Positions 27,601 to 40,800 of a stretch of 64,000 nt of DNA are shown one piece after another; positions within the stretch are counted from its first letter, which is position 1; every line of letters starts with the position of its first letter. Position numbers and translations under genes: made by a program. The notes below the pieces were generated by a model. That model worked only from the letters and a program-made list of their open reading frames with translations, had not been told where the DNA came from and ran no database searches. Source of the DNA: Podarcis pityusensis (lineage: Eukaryota); the NCBI GenBank assembly GCA_964106645.2, contig OZ067038.1; one strand, written 5' to 3'.

Positions 27601-30600
27601 TTAAGATGCTATCTTAAATATTTGTTGAATGCCTTGTTTGGTGGCATCATGAGGCACCTAATTCATTTACCAGAACCATGTTAGTGTATGCAACCTTCTT
27701 AGTAAGGAAATTGCTTTGTAGATACTGCCTCCAAAATATATGTAACTTTTGCTGGATCCAAAAAAGACTTCCCTGTATCTTCCTCAAATAATTTGATGGA
27801 GGTGTCACACTGTTTCTCTTCAAGCTACTTCTGTAAGAATATCCAAACTCTTGTTGCCTTTTTACCTATAGTTTTTAAAAGAGTAACTTCAGGCCAAAGT
27901 TAATTATTACTTTATGAAAATGTAACCGAATCATTACAGAAGAGCAACTTTTACCAAGCACTTGCCCTAAGGCCAACAAGTTTCAACATTCGATAGTTCA
28001 TAGATATATAATTTAGGAGAAAGTGTTTCTGGAGCAAAATGGGCAAGTANNNNNNNNNNNNNNNNNNNNNNNNNNNNNNNNNNNNNNNNNNNNNNNNNNN
28101 NNNNNNNNNNNNNNNNNNNNNNNNNNNNNNNNNNNNNNNNNNNNNNNNNNNNNNNNNNNNNNNNNNNNNNNNNNNNNNNNNNNNNNNNNNNNNNNNNTCG
28201 GCAAGTGAGTATTTTAAAATTTAATGTCTGCCTTTTTGTTTTCCATTTGTTTGTGTTGCAATGGTTAGTGGCTGTCTCTCTAGTTATAATCTGTGTATAG
28301 TCAGCTTGTTCATTTTCCAGTTACACATTTTGTGCACTCATAAGAGGAATTTTCCCTTTAAATTATGCCTCATGTCTAACGCCTCTATCCCTAGCATTTA
28401 TGAAGCAAACTCTTCTTATGACTGTCACTAAAATAATAGACCAGAATGCTCACAATGTTGATTTCTCTCTCTGAAGCCTCTTTATCCCAATCCAGAGTAC
28501 TGTGTTCTGAATGCACTGTGTACCAAGTTTCTGATTAAGTTTTCTTTTCATAGAAAATTGACATAACCAACACAACTTCTGTGGGGTTCTGTATGGTGCT
28601 AATCCATATGGTGTAATTTTTGCATAAGTGAAGGTTGTGAACATACACCTGATTAATTTAGCTTATCCTTTGAGTTCAATAATATTACTAGATTTGATTG
28701 GTACTATCAGTTCATTATATTTTAAATGTGTGCCCTTGGAGGTTTGGAACAGGTAAGAACTTGCCCAGTTTTAAAATGTGAGTTAATTTATGTACTGTAG
28801 CTGGATCTCTTCCTTGTGACTGGCTGCAAGCATATGCACCAATTGTTTTGTTTTCATATCTGTTTATGGAAACAGTGAAACCCCCCCCCATTACTTCCCA
28901 AATAGTAAAGGAAAATGGTTAGTTCCCTGTTTGGTGTGAGAGTGTCCGCTGTGTGTTCTATCAGTCCCATTTGCCAAAGGCAGAGATGAGTGGAAAGGAA
29001 AAATTGTACCAGAGCATCCACCATGTTGGATCACTGGGGAAACCGAACTCAAAAGAAAGAAGGACAATCTGTCTAAAGGGGGACAAGAAAACTCAGTGCA
29101 ATGTTGCTCATCTGAAACGGGTGCATTGCTTTCAGTCAGCCACCAGATGGCAGAGCAGCATAATTCAAGCCAGTGAGAATCATTTTTAACATCTGGTGAT
29201 GCAATCTGTACAAGCCAGGGCTCCATAGATCAGGTAAAGGCTGCTCAAAGGCCTACTTTAGATCCTACTAAATGCATCTTCCTTTTTCAATAAGAATTTG
29301 TTGAGAAGTTTAGAATCCCTATTTTCTGATTGATTCTCATAGAATGTTCCTAATAATAACATTAATAATCCAAGCATCAGAATTCATAGCAGATGCCACC
29401 CTGGGCTCAGTATATCGCTCTACAAAGACCAGAGTAACTAATGGTGGTGATCAGACCCTCTCTGTGGCTAAAATAGTGGAGCATGTACAGTAATTCTTTC
29501 ATCTTACGCACATTTGAGTTGCATGTTTTCAGTTATATGCAGTTGGCTGAAATTGCACAAGTCAATTCCCAAGCAAGGCAGAGAGCTTAAAAGCTCTTTT
29601 CATGCCAGGTCTTCTTTGCGAAAGGTGCGTTCAAGCTCTCCACCTTGCTTGCTCAGCATGCCAGTTCTGGAAGGCCATGGGATGTTCTCTCGAGATTTCA
29701 CATGAACATCGCTGGCCTTCTAGAGCCAGTGCATCATATGGGCCTTGCCCAGCAAGCAAATCAGAGAGCTAGCTTAAAAGCTCTTTTTGTGCTGGGTAAC
29801 CCAAGCAGACTTTGAATGAAAATAACTTTTATGCTCTTGACCTTGCTGGCTGGGGGAAGTCCACTTGGTGCACCAGCTTTGGGAGTATGTGGGTGCTCTT
29901 TATCTCTCCTTCCACCCGCTAGCTTCAGGGCAGCTTCAAGAGTTTAACTATATGCAGTTTTCATGTATACATGTAAACCTTGGTACTGAACCCCTACGAA
30001 ATAGGGATTGCTGGTACATTCTCTCCAGTAGTAACCATTTGTCACAGGAAACTGCCTTTAACCAAGTCAGTCAATTGGTCTGTCTAGTTCAGTGTTGTTT
30101 GGACTTACAATGGCCGTACGTTGGTATGGTAGATCAGTCTACACAGCCATTAGCATGAGAAGCCAAACACCTGTCCTCTCCACTTTTCATCTGGCGCCTC
30201 TGCTGCTCTATCCACCAAGGTTCCTATCCCCCAACATCTGTTGAGCAGCCATGTGGTCTTTAACAAGCAGTAGACAGCCACCTATCTCACCCAACCCATC
30301 CAGCATCATACAAGGCTCTTCCACAACCCACAGTGGATGTCTCTCATGCCAAGCAAGAGAATGGAACATTGATTACTTACTGTGAAGCTTTATTCTTGTT
30401 TGGCATGTGAAGCAATCCACTTCCTCACCTGTACGTACTCTGTCATGCATGCACACAACTGAACTAGATTACTACTCTTCTGAATTTATATGGGGTCAGG
30501 GTTACAAAATGATTTTGCTACAAGTTATCCATGGAATGCAACTGAGGAGAAGACGGGGGGGGGGGTCCATAAAGAAAAAAATATGGTCACATGTCTTTGC

Positions 30601-33600
30601 CTAGAGTAAATGGGAGAGATGCAGTCCACAGTGAATGCCTTTGCATGCCAAACATACAGTAAGTTATCGCTGTGCTGCTTAATTAAGTATCTGGAACTGA
30701 CAAATTAAAGTGCTTTAATACTTCGTTTAAAGAAGGTGGGCACCCTTAAATCTATTCATCATTTAATCTTTTCCTTGATTAGAATATTTGATTTGACGGC
30801 AGTTTTAGCATGGTTATCTATAAGTTTAGGTAACTAATAGTGAGGATTGTTTTCCACAATACTATTTTTGTTTGTTTCTTCAGCTCTGTGAGCCTGTGAC
30901 AGAGGTCTTGGCTCCTTTTTTGGATGTAACGAGTCAAAATCCTCACAAGTTTAGTAGTAGAAAAGAATGTATCAGTTTCATGAGATTATAAAATGATGTG
31001 AACTGAAATAATTCAGGGGTCTGTGTGGAATGCCATTTATTCTCTGTTTTAGTGTATAAATTTGTACTTTGTTCACAGTGTTTCTTTTGATCGCGTATCA
31101 GACATCAATTTTACCCTCAATACAAATGAAAGTGTAAGTATATTCTTGCAGCTATTGTAAAATTCAAAATGGATGCTATTTGTTCACATTCTCTCTATGT
31201 GTGAGTGGAGAGGCCCTGCCCTTTTTGGTGGCATTGTTTGTAAAGAGGAACATTTTAAGAGATTTTTTTGTGGCTTTCTGTCTTGACACTGCAGTGATTC
31301 AAGCATCTTTATCAGGAAACATATTGATGGGTAGGGGTCCATAATTTTGGTCACCATGATGAGTGTTCTGCCACCCAATCTTGGAGCTGAAGGAGACAGT
31401 TGGGCTTGGCCCTGCTCTTGTGTTGCACTTTCAACATGCTCAGAGGAAGCCCAGCATAACAATAGAGATGTTCTGCGCCCCCTCCCCAACTGCAAGATGA
31501 GGTAGAAACCTGGAGCTGCTTTTGATGTGGTGCATCTAAGCTTCTTGCAGCACCTTGGAAGCAGAGTCACAGTGCATTTCTAGGAATTAGTCCCCCACCA
31601 TCTGCTCCCCAGCTTCACATTTGGTGCTGGCAAGAGCATGGGGTTGTCTCTGACCTCAGTATGCATATCAAAGGTGTCAAGTTGGGGAAAGAACCTTGTA
31701 CTTGGGGGGGGGGGGGAGGCAGAATCCTAGCAACCACATGTTCATTGACTAGTCAGTTCATTGGTCAGCCAGAATTTATCAACCCTGTTGATAAGCTTTC
31801 AAGAAGAATGGAGTTGTGTCCCTCAGCCTCACAAGAGACTAGAAATGGTTTTAACAGGTGCAGATTTAGGGGCATGTTGGTGAAGCAGCATCCAAAGTGC
31901 ATCAGCTGTTAACTGATGGAATGCATTGCCAGAGTGGGGCAGATTAACTCATGGAAAGTCCTTGGTATTCTCAGGATGGCTCTGTGTAGGTTTCTTTGAT
32001 GCTGTAAAACTATTGGAGACCTAATCTTGGGACGGAATTGGTCTTGGCCCTTTTTAGTTTTATTAATTAACATTAAGAGCACTTCTTTCTGGTATATGGT
32101 CATTTCCCATTTGTTCTATTGTTTTCAGATACAGTGAATGCCCAGCCAGAGTAATAAAGGTAGCTAATGTGCTATGGCAGAGACAGTGAACTGGCAGCCC
32201 ACAGGCTGGGTCTTTTTTGTGGCTCTGCTATGAACTCTCCTAGTCAGATCAGGAGTGTTAGCTGTTTTAAGTTGAGGCTTCCCTTGTGTTCCAGAGGAAA
32301 ACTTGCCCCATCTCTTAATTGCAGTGAGGACTAGAGAAAATACATGTGCTGCTTCTCCCTTGCAAGTACTCGTCCCAGGAAATGAGATCAACCCAGAGTC
32401 CTCTGGGAGGGATCTTGCATTCCCAGAGGATGAGGGCACCTGTTGAAGTGAAAGCAATATGCAAGTCTTCCATGCTGCTTTCACTCAGCTTGGCACCAAT
32501 CCTTGATACCAATGCAATTTTTGGGGGGGGGGGGCACTCATTCAGTGAGACAGTGGTTGCCCCGTTTCTTTGGAAGGAGAGGTCATAGGAAGTCTCCAGT
32601 GTGGCATAATCAACCAGTTTAAAGTGATCAACTACCTATGAGCTGGTGATATTATGTTCTGGGAATTTCAATGCTGAATTTAAGGAACAACAGCAGAGTA
32701 GTCTGACGCTATCTGAATTTTGCTTTAAACATGGAACAAAATACTTTCTACCGGAAGCCTATCTGTTCTTTCCAGTTTGGGGTATGAATATTAATTGTAT
32801 TGGGTAACACTACAGAGTTGTTGCTTTTGTTTTTTTAAACATAATATAGATAATGACTAGCCACCTAAATGTGATATTCAGTGTTCATGAGTGGTGAATT
32901 TAGTCTTTGTAATTTATTTGCTTTTTATGATGATTAGGGCAATATTGCTTTGTTTGAGGCGTGCTGTAAGGAGAGAATACAGCAGTTTGATGATGGTGGT
33001 TCCGATGAGGAAGATATCTGGGAAGAGAAGCATATTGCTTTTGCACCAGAATCTCAGAGAAGATCCAGGTAACTTTAAGATGGCAGAGAATATGTTTTGC
33101 CTCTAATTAAATCTAATCCAAAAACTAACAGATTTACCTATTTCAGCACTGATAAGCTTGTGCCAGGTGCTTTTAGGAAGAGTAATGCAAAGATGAATAT
33201 ATTACATTCCAGCAGTAATCTGGATGATATTCTTATCCCTATGCTACTATTGTCTTCAACTGGTTAAGTCAGGCTTGTGTCCTGATCCAAAGTGGGTCAT
33301 AACAGGAGCACTACCACCATGAAAGTATATGGTAAAAAATTAGGAAATAGGGCCTTGAATTCATGTTTGGGTTAAAAGTGGGTTCTGAGTCTGAGAAGGT
33401 CGAAGATACCTGAATTAGGTATGCAAGTGACCTAATTCACATGTCACAGTAAACCATAATTAATGTTTTGCCGGAATACAAAAATTGATCCAGCTTCATT
33501 TCTCCCCTCTAGCCAGCAAGAGCCATGATCCCTGGCTTAGTGTTACATCCCAACTAGAGATTGTTTTGTTTGGTGGGAATTTTGCCATTAACAGTGGGAA

Positions 33601-36600
33601 AGTTTAGATTCTGTGGTTGTCTTTTGTGTCATCAAGGCAAAAAATGGCAAAAAACAAACAAACCAACCCAAACCCCTCTTGGGTGGTAGAAATAATATTT
33701 CTGTTTGTGTCTGTTCTTTTTGTTTTGTTTTTTTAAAAAGCTCAGGCAGTACAGACAGTGAGGAGAGTACAGATTCTGAAGAAGAGGATGGAACAAAGCA
33801 GGACTTGTTCGAGTCAAGCACCAATACAGAAGACAAGATGGAAGTAGATTTGAATGAAGGTAGGTAGTTTTTATGCCATTGCTTCTTGCTCACTTTAAGA
33901 TACTGGAAGTGGAAATCTCAGACAAGCATAATTCTATTAAGGAAGGGCACTTCCAGACTGCCATTATTTTCAAGTGAGATTCCTTCGCATACCAGTAAAC
34001 TCTGCTTGTGCAATTAAAGTTTATTGGAGCCTGCTTCCCCAAAACATCAAACTTTTTGAAGTAAGTAAAGTGATGGGGTAATGCAATGGAAAGTGTGGAA
34101 ATAACACATTATTTGATGCAATGTCATCTTAACCTTCTCCCCAACAAACAAATCAGAGTGAATGCTCATTAAACAGCCAACATTGTCTAATTTCCCTGCA
34201 AGACAAATCAGGATGAATGATCAAAAATCAGGTTGTCCAGAAACACTCAAAAGTGAAACAGAACTTCCCTTCTTTTTTCTGGGATAAATTGACCATAATA
34301 AGCAATAGTATATCAAACACATGGTGGCAATTAAAATGCCAGTGTTGAGCACAGATGTGTGACTAAAGCTTTGGGGTTGAAACAAGGCAAGTCTGAATCA
34401 AAGCCTCAAATATTTGTTGAACCAGTTAAACCTTAGAATCGTTCTGCCTTGAGCTAAAGGAAACATTCAGACAAACCTTTGGAATAGGAAACATATTTTG
34501 GAGGACTGAGGGTTACTAGGATTGGAGAAATCTAAAATCCAGAGGGTTTTGGAATGCAATATTCTAATATTGTACTTTTGAAATCATATATGTTCCTTAA
34601 TGAGGTGTGCATTGTTTTAAGTTGCCCAAGGAATTCCCAAATCTGTTTTAATCTTAATATTTTAAGTCCTAGTCCTCTGGCAGTTTTTTGCTTTCTTAGT
34701 TTTTTGCTTTTTAAAAAATGATAAATGTATCAATCTTTCCAGCACCTAACTGGTCAGCTAACTTTGATGTTCCTATGGAAACAACACATGGTACGAATCT
34801 GGATTCTGTTGGGTCTGACGTTTGGAGCACAGAAGAGCCGATGCCAGCAAAAGAAACTGGCTGGGCCTCCTTTTCAGAGTTCACATCTTCACTAAGGTAG
34901 GAAAGTACTGTGTTGCTTCAGGTCTTGTGAATCAAATGGAATTTAATTTTGAGTGAAAGCGCTGATACTCTTTTCATGAGCTAAGCTGAAAATTGAGGGA
35001 GTTCTGAGTCTGTGAGTGTAGGGATTTGGTTTTAAGCAGACCTTGAATTGAAAAGCTTCATTCCCAGAGAGCCTTTTTAAAGCTGCAGTTTAATTTTATT
35101 ACGGGAAGTCAAAATGTTTATATGTATCTCTGAATTGATAAGAGAGCTATAGGGAGAACTATGGGGTGGGCAGGGGGAGACATAAGTGCAGGAATGTTGT
35201 CTCCTCACTTGGTTATATTTGTTCTGTTCTGGCATTTGAGAATTGCTATAGAGTACTCAAGTCAGCAGCCCCAAAGCAAATATATGGGGAGTGAAAACAT
35301 TTTCTCTTGTCAACTGCTCACCAAAAAGACACAAATTACTTTATTTTTGGTCGCAGCACCACTTGCAGTATCTTCTCCTCTGTAACATGGTGCTTTTTCA
35401 GCTCTCCAGCTATTTCTATGTTTCTGTGATTGCAATATGTAGAAGTCAAATAATTTAGGTTCTCTGCTCACGTTGCAGTCTTTTCCCTTCATATCCTAAT
35501 TACAACAGGGAGAGTTGAAATTATAAATGATTCTTTAGCTTTCAAATAGACATAAACTCCCATAAACTCGTATACATTGATATGTGTTCCATTTCCTTTT
35601 ATTCCCTTTTGATTGCACATGAATGTTTTCTAGAACTCTCAAATTGTCAGCACAAAATGTTGAGGCATCTACTCACATGATGCAGAATGGGCAGACTGCT
35701 TAACCAATCTAAAATATAGTTCCAACATACTTACTTTGATAAACACTAAAAATTGAATTCATCAAAGCTTTCGTTTTCTTTCAAAGTCCAAAAGATTCCT
35801 TAAGAAGTAATTCACCCGTAGAGATGGAAACCAGCACAGAGCCCATGGATCCTCTGAGTGCAAATGTAGCATTTGCAACGCAACCAGAAGGTAAAAGCAC
35901 TTAAATAATGCAGACACACATATGGCTGTATATGCACTTGATACTCCATTGTTTATCATTACTTGCACAAATCACAGTGAGCCTCTGGTTCATGTGTTTG
36001 CTCCTCCTGTGTGGCTGGCTGCTGGAAGAATTTTGGGAGCTTTTAGTTGTAATTACCTGCTGTTTGCCATATGTCTAGTTTAAACAAGCCAGGTTTGAAA
36101 CAGACCAGGGTTAGTGTTAATCAGTTTATAATGCTAGCCAACAGGACAAATGGCAAATAACTGAAAGTAAAAATAATATATTTTTTTTTACATCCTCATC
36201 CCAGCTACATGTGTGGAGGGAAAGGGCTCTGTGGCTTATGCACATCAGAATAAAACTATGGTTTTTCATGATGTACAAACACATCAATTGTGTAAATAGG
36301 ATAAGCATGTCTTGCTTTCTAAAATAATGGAAATTGAAACTATGCCACTGAATTTCTTCCAAATTACATCACTGATGGATATGTAAGAGGTATTAAAACC
36401 CTCTGATGTGGCTTCAAATGTGATTAGCTAGCTATTGTAAGTGATCCAAATTGCCAAATAGACTAGAAAATGGAGGTGGGGTTGTTAATATAGAAAATTA
36501 AACACTCTATTATCTACCGTTTATTATCTAAACGATCGTGTTTCTATTTTGTGATAATGTACAACTGTAAAAATGGCAAAAAATACATTGTTCCAGAATA

Positions 36601-37847
36601 AAAATCAGTATTAGTTCCTGAAGCCTTTTCAGCTGTTCAAATTTGTATTTACAGCTGCAGGAAGCATTGCAATGGAGGCTGGTTCTGATGGAGAAGATGA
36701 TGTAGAAAATGCAGACAAGGTGACTGAAACAGTAATGAATGGCAGTATGAAGGAGACCCTTAGCCTTACTGTAGATGCTAAAACTGAAACTGCTGTCTTC
36801 AAAAGGTAAGAGAACACTATGGCTTGATTCAGAGCATGGGTTTTGATCATTTTAATTTTTTAAATGTTGGCCTGGCATGCCATCTTTCATTTTAAAAGCA
36901 TTTAAAAACAAATCCATGGCAAAACAGAGAACTTCCTACAACAAAATTAAAGATTTTAAGTGTGATTTGATTGTAGCCACCAGGTGTAATGTTTAGCATA
37001 TACCTTTGTTTTGTGGATTTCAGTGACCAGATTTTTTTGGGGGGAGGTTTTTTTTAAAGAAATTTTAATCTGCTGACATATGAGCTGCTGGATCCTGCAT
37101 CTTCTGTCTCTTAAATTTGTCTGTTGCCTTTTTATTTCTTATTTCCCTCCTAATGTTCTAATTATGTTGTAAGACACAACAGGCATTTTAAAAGAAAGAC
37201 AGGGCATACATTTACTAAATAAAATATTTGGTCTCCTTAACTGAAAGCAGTTGGCATAGTATGCAGCTTATCACTAGCAAAGCCTGGTCACAGAATCCAG
37301 TTCCATATCTGAATTATTTGTTGCTTTAGAAAAAGGATACCACCACCATTTTAAAGTTGTGTGCAAATGTTATGCATGTTAGTGGAACATAAGAGAGTGA
37401 CGAGGCTGACCCTAAAACACTTCCCAAAAATGGTTGTTCTTAAAATGGAAACCCCGTCGCACGCGGTTGACTAGTCTCTCAAGTTATCCTTGCTAGTTTG
37501 TCTTCTGGCCAGAACAGTTTTGTGCTCTAGCATATTCTCTTCTATCAAAATAAGCTGCTCATATTGGCAATTGCACTTTTAGTAGGTTTTCACTGGCAAA
37601 ATCCTTTCATCCTGTTACACAGCCACTTTATTTTCCTTTATTGTTGGAGAAGGATGTCCAGATGCTAGAGCTTTCTCAGTGTTGCTGTCCAATCTGGTAT
37701 GATCTCCCTTCTGAGGAACATGTGACACTGATATGGTGTATTATTTGGTGCTGAGTAAAGATGCACCTTTTGGCCCAAGCTTTTTGTGGGGGCTTATTTA
37801 CTGTTTCTTGCTCATTGTTTATATGAAGAGTTGGCTGAACCCGATGG

Positions 37848-37884
<37 letters not shown>

Positions 37885-40800
37885 CATATAAATGTGTGTC
37901 AGATATAGGATGGGTTTATAAATGGCGAGATAGGTAAATAATTAACTACAATTTGTTCTTGAGGCAGGGCTTTTGAAAATGAAGCAAGCATTGTTCCTTT
38001 TGTGGAAGTGACCCCCTCTTAGTTGCTACTGTCCAGTCTTCTCTAAGACACAACACCTTTTTTTGGTGTTGCTCTCCATTTCAAATTTGATTCAATTTTC
38101 TGACAGGAATTTTAGCATCATGACAACATTTTCAAACATTTACTTGGCTAAGTTCAAGCGCAGTGCAGGATTACCAAATAGGCAGAGTAGGCACTGGCCT
38201 AGGGGCCCCATGACAATGGATCAAAATAATATTGATTTGATCTTGAAAGAAAGTTACAACCAATCTTCCCTAGTTCAATGTCATCCCACTAGAGCATTCA
38301 CACGACAGGCCCCCCAAGATTTCGACTACCTAGGGACCTCCACAGGGTTTAATCCGGCACCGTTCAAGTGAATACGATTTCATTTTGAAGCAACACGGTT
38401 GCTTAGGCTTGAGAGAGGAATTTGACCTCCAGCACATCACACCTTGGGAGGCGCACTTGCATCGCTTTTCAGTCCTTTTTGTGGCTCCCCCCACCCCTGC
38501 AGCTTGGCGGCTATGGTGTGGCCTTCACTTTCTTATGCAGGTGGGATAAGTGCTCAGAAAAAAGGAAAGTGTCTCCTGCTGTCCTGAAGAACAGAAATTG
38601 ACACCAAGATGACAAGGAGTGGTTTAAGCTGTTCTATATGACCTCCGCATTTTCATCGTTAGCCACTAGTGGCACCAAGATCTCTTTGATGATTGGGTCA
38701 CTGCCAGTTCAGACACCGTAAATATATGTGAATTATTATTTTCTTTCCCATTGTGGATCACTTTATCGCCTATTCATCCACTTTAGATTGATACTTTTGA
38801 AGCTGCATCCAGGCCCCACAAATAACTCAGAGATGCCTTTTAAATAAAAGGATACATTCTACTCATGTAAAAACACGCTGATTCCTGGACTGTCCGCAGG
38901 CCGCATTTAGAATGCGATTGGGCCGTATCCGGCCCCCGGGCCTTAGTTTGCCTACCCGTGTAGTTTTACACTGTTTCTTTTAAAATTCAAAGATTTGACT
39001 CTCAGGTTCACCATGTCTCAAACTGAGCTTTCTCCATATGAAAGGGACAAAGTTTGCTTAATTTCCATAAGCCTTCCCTGAAGGTTAAGTTGTAGGAGCC
39101 GATGCCAGTCTGGATCCCCTTCATCCAACAATGATAAGGAACATTCATGGTCAGCTGAATGTTCTTATATTCATGTTTGCGTTAATCATGGATGCCATCT
39201 TGTTTTGCCATAAATACATCTGAAGGTATAGCTGAATGTACAGTTGTGCAAATTAATGATTTGCTTAGCTAAGCTATTTATTTTTATTCTGTCAGCATCC
39301 CACTTTGCTGTTGTTCTGTGTTTTGCTCTTTTCTTTATTTAAGGGCTGCTTCATTATAGTATTTTGTACTAAAGTACAAATACCTGAAGATACACGGGTA
39401 TATATTAAGTTATAAAGAGTGCACATGTGAGAATTACGCTTCTCCCCCCCCCCCCCAAAAAGTGAGTGGGGACTGGGAAAGGATATCCACTTAGATATTT
39501 TATACTTTTTTTTCAAAAGTTGTACTCTATCCTTTTCTTTTGGAAGCTGAGAACAATTTATTCTATACTGCTTATGTATCTGCTCACAGTTTCTAATCTA
39601 GATTGAGGCCTAGTACAAACAAGTGGGTAGGGGAAGAAATATTGAGTCCAGATTGTACCACTTCAGACTGCAAGTTTGGGCTCACACTTTAGAAGACTCA
39701 CGTAATGAACCATGACTTTTTTGGCTGCTGCATAAATAGGGCTTAATCCAAGGGCTATTTTTTCTAGGAGTTTCTTAATGGTCTTTTTTTACATTCCTTT
39801 TCTGTTCTTTCCCCCCCTCCCCCTCACTTTTGGCTTCAGAGTGTTGAAATCCTATCGGTATGTAAAGGATAATGAATGTTTGTTTTTTTCTCCATTTTGG
39901 GCACCATGTACATTCTTTATTCCTCTTTTTACTACTCTGTAATCTTACATCCTGCATTTTTTCCAGTCCAGTTCCCTTTTAAGTGAACATAAACTGATGC
40001 CAGTGATGAATGTGACCAGAATCCACAACCTTGTGCTTGTTTTCCATGTTTCAATCATATTTCTAAAATTCTACTTGCATGTGACCTCTGGACCCTTTCT
40101 ACCTAAGCCTCCCACTAATGCATGATGATATCAAATGTTGAAGGCACAAATAAAGCTGTAACCTGTTTCTTTAGTGAGGAAGGAAAATTGTCTACCTCGC
40201 AAGATGCTTCTTGTAAATATGTGGTGGAGGAGAACACAGAAGCTGCAGAAGAAAATCCTGTCACTCCGCAGCCTGCTAGCAGCAGTCTGGAACAGAGGTA
40301 GCTCTTTATTGCCATATTCCTTTCACTGTGTGGTTTCTTTTACCATTGGAATGAAGGATTTATTTAAGGATATGTATTCTCCCTTGCCAAAAGACCAAAG
40401 CTAGCTTATTTGGTATCACACAAGCATTTTTAAAAATTAGTACTGTATCTAAAATTTTAAACCTAAAAAGCAGCATAAGGCAATTATAATAAAGCACCAT
40501 TACAGTGTTTTAAACAGTAAAAATTCAGACCATCCATTTCAACCAAAGGCAAATTGCAATTAAAATATATTTAAAAGCGGAGAAGGAAGAATATGTGGAC
40601 CACAGTCCCAAGAACCTTATAGCTTTTATTTAACAATGGAAGAAAAACCTTTATGGATGAAAAACTGTTGTGTTGGGTAGAAGTAGTCATGTACTTGTAC
40701 TCTACCTTTCAGAAGTCCATGATATATATGACAGATACAAAGAAGCAGAAATTGATACAGTGGTACCTCTAGATGCGAATGGGATCCGTTCCGGAGCCCC

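Noticed and set aside
28013-28224. ORFs containing X runs
   Set aside because: Artefacts of translating through the N gap.
29571-29790. Twice-repeated agagcttaaaagctctttt motif
   Set aside because: Only two short degenerate copies, probably an old transposon remnant; not a CRISPR-like or regular array.
30860-30930. Strong-looking acceptor (tttgtttgtttcttcag|ctct gtgagc) upstream of exon 15
   Set aside because: Would give a 4-nt or stop-containing exon with a weak donor; no independent support.
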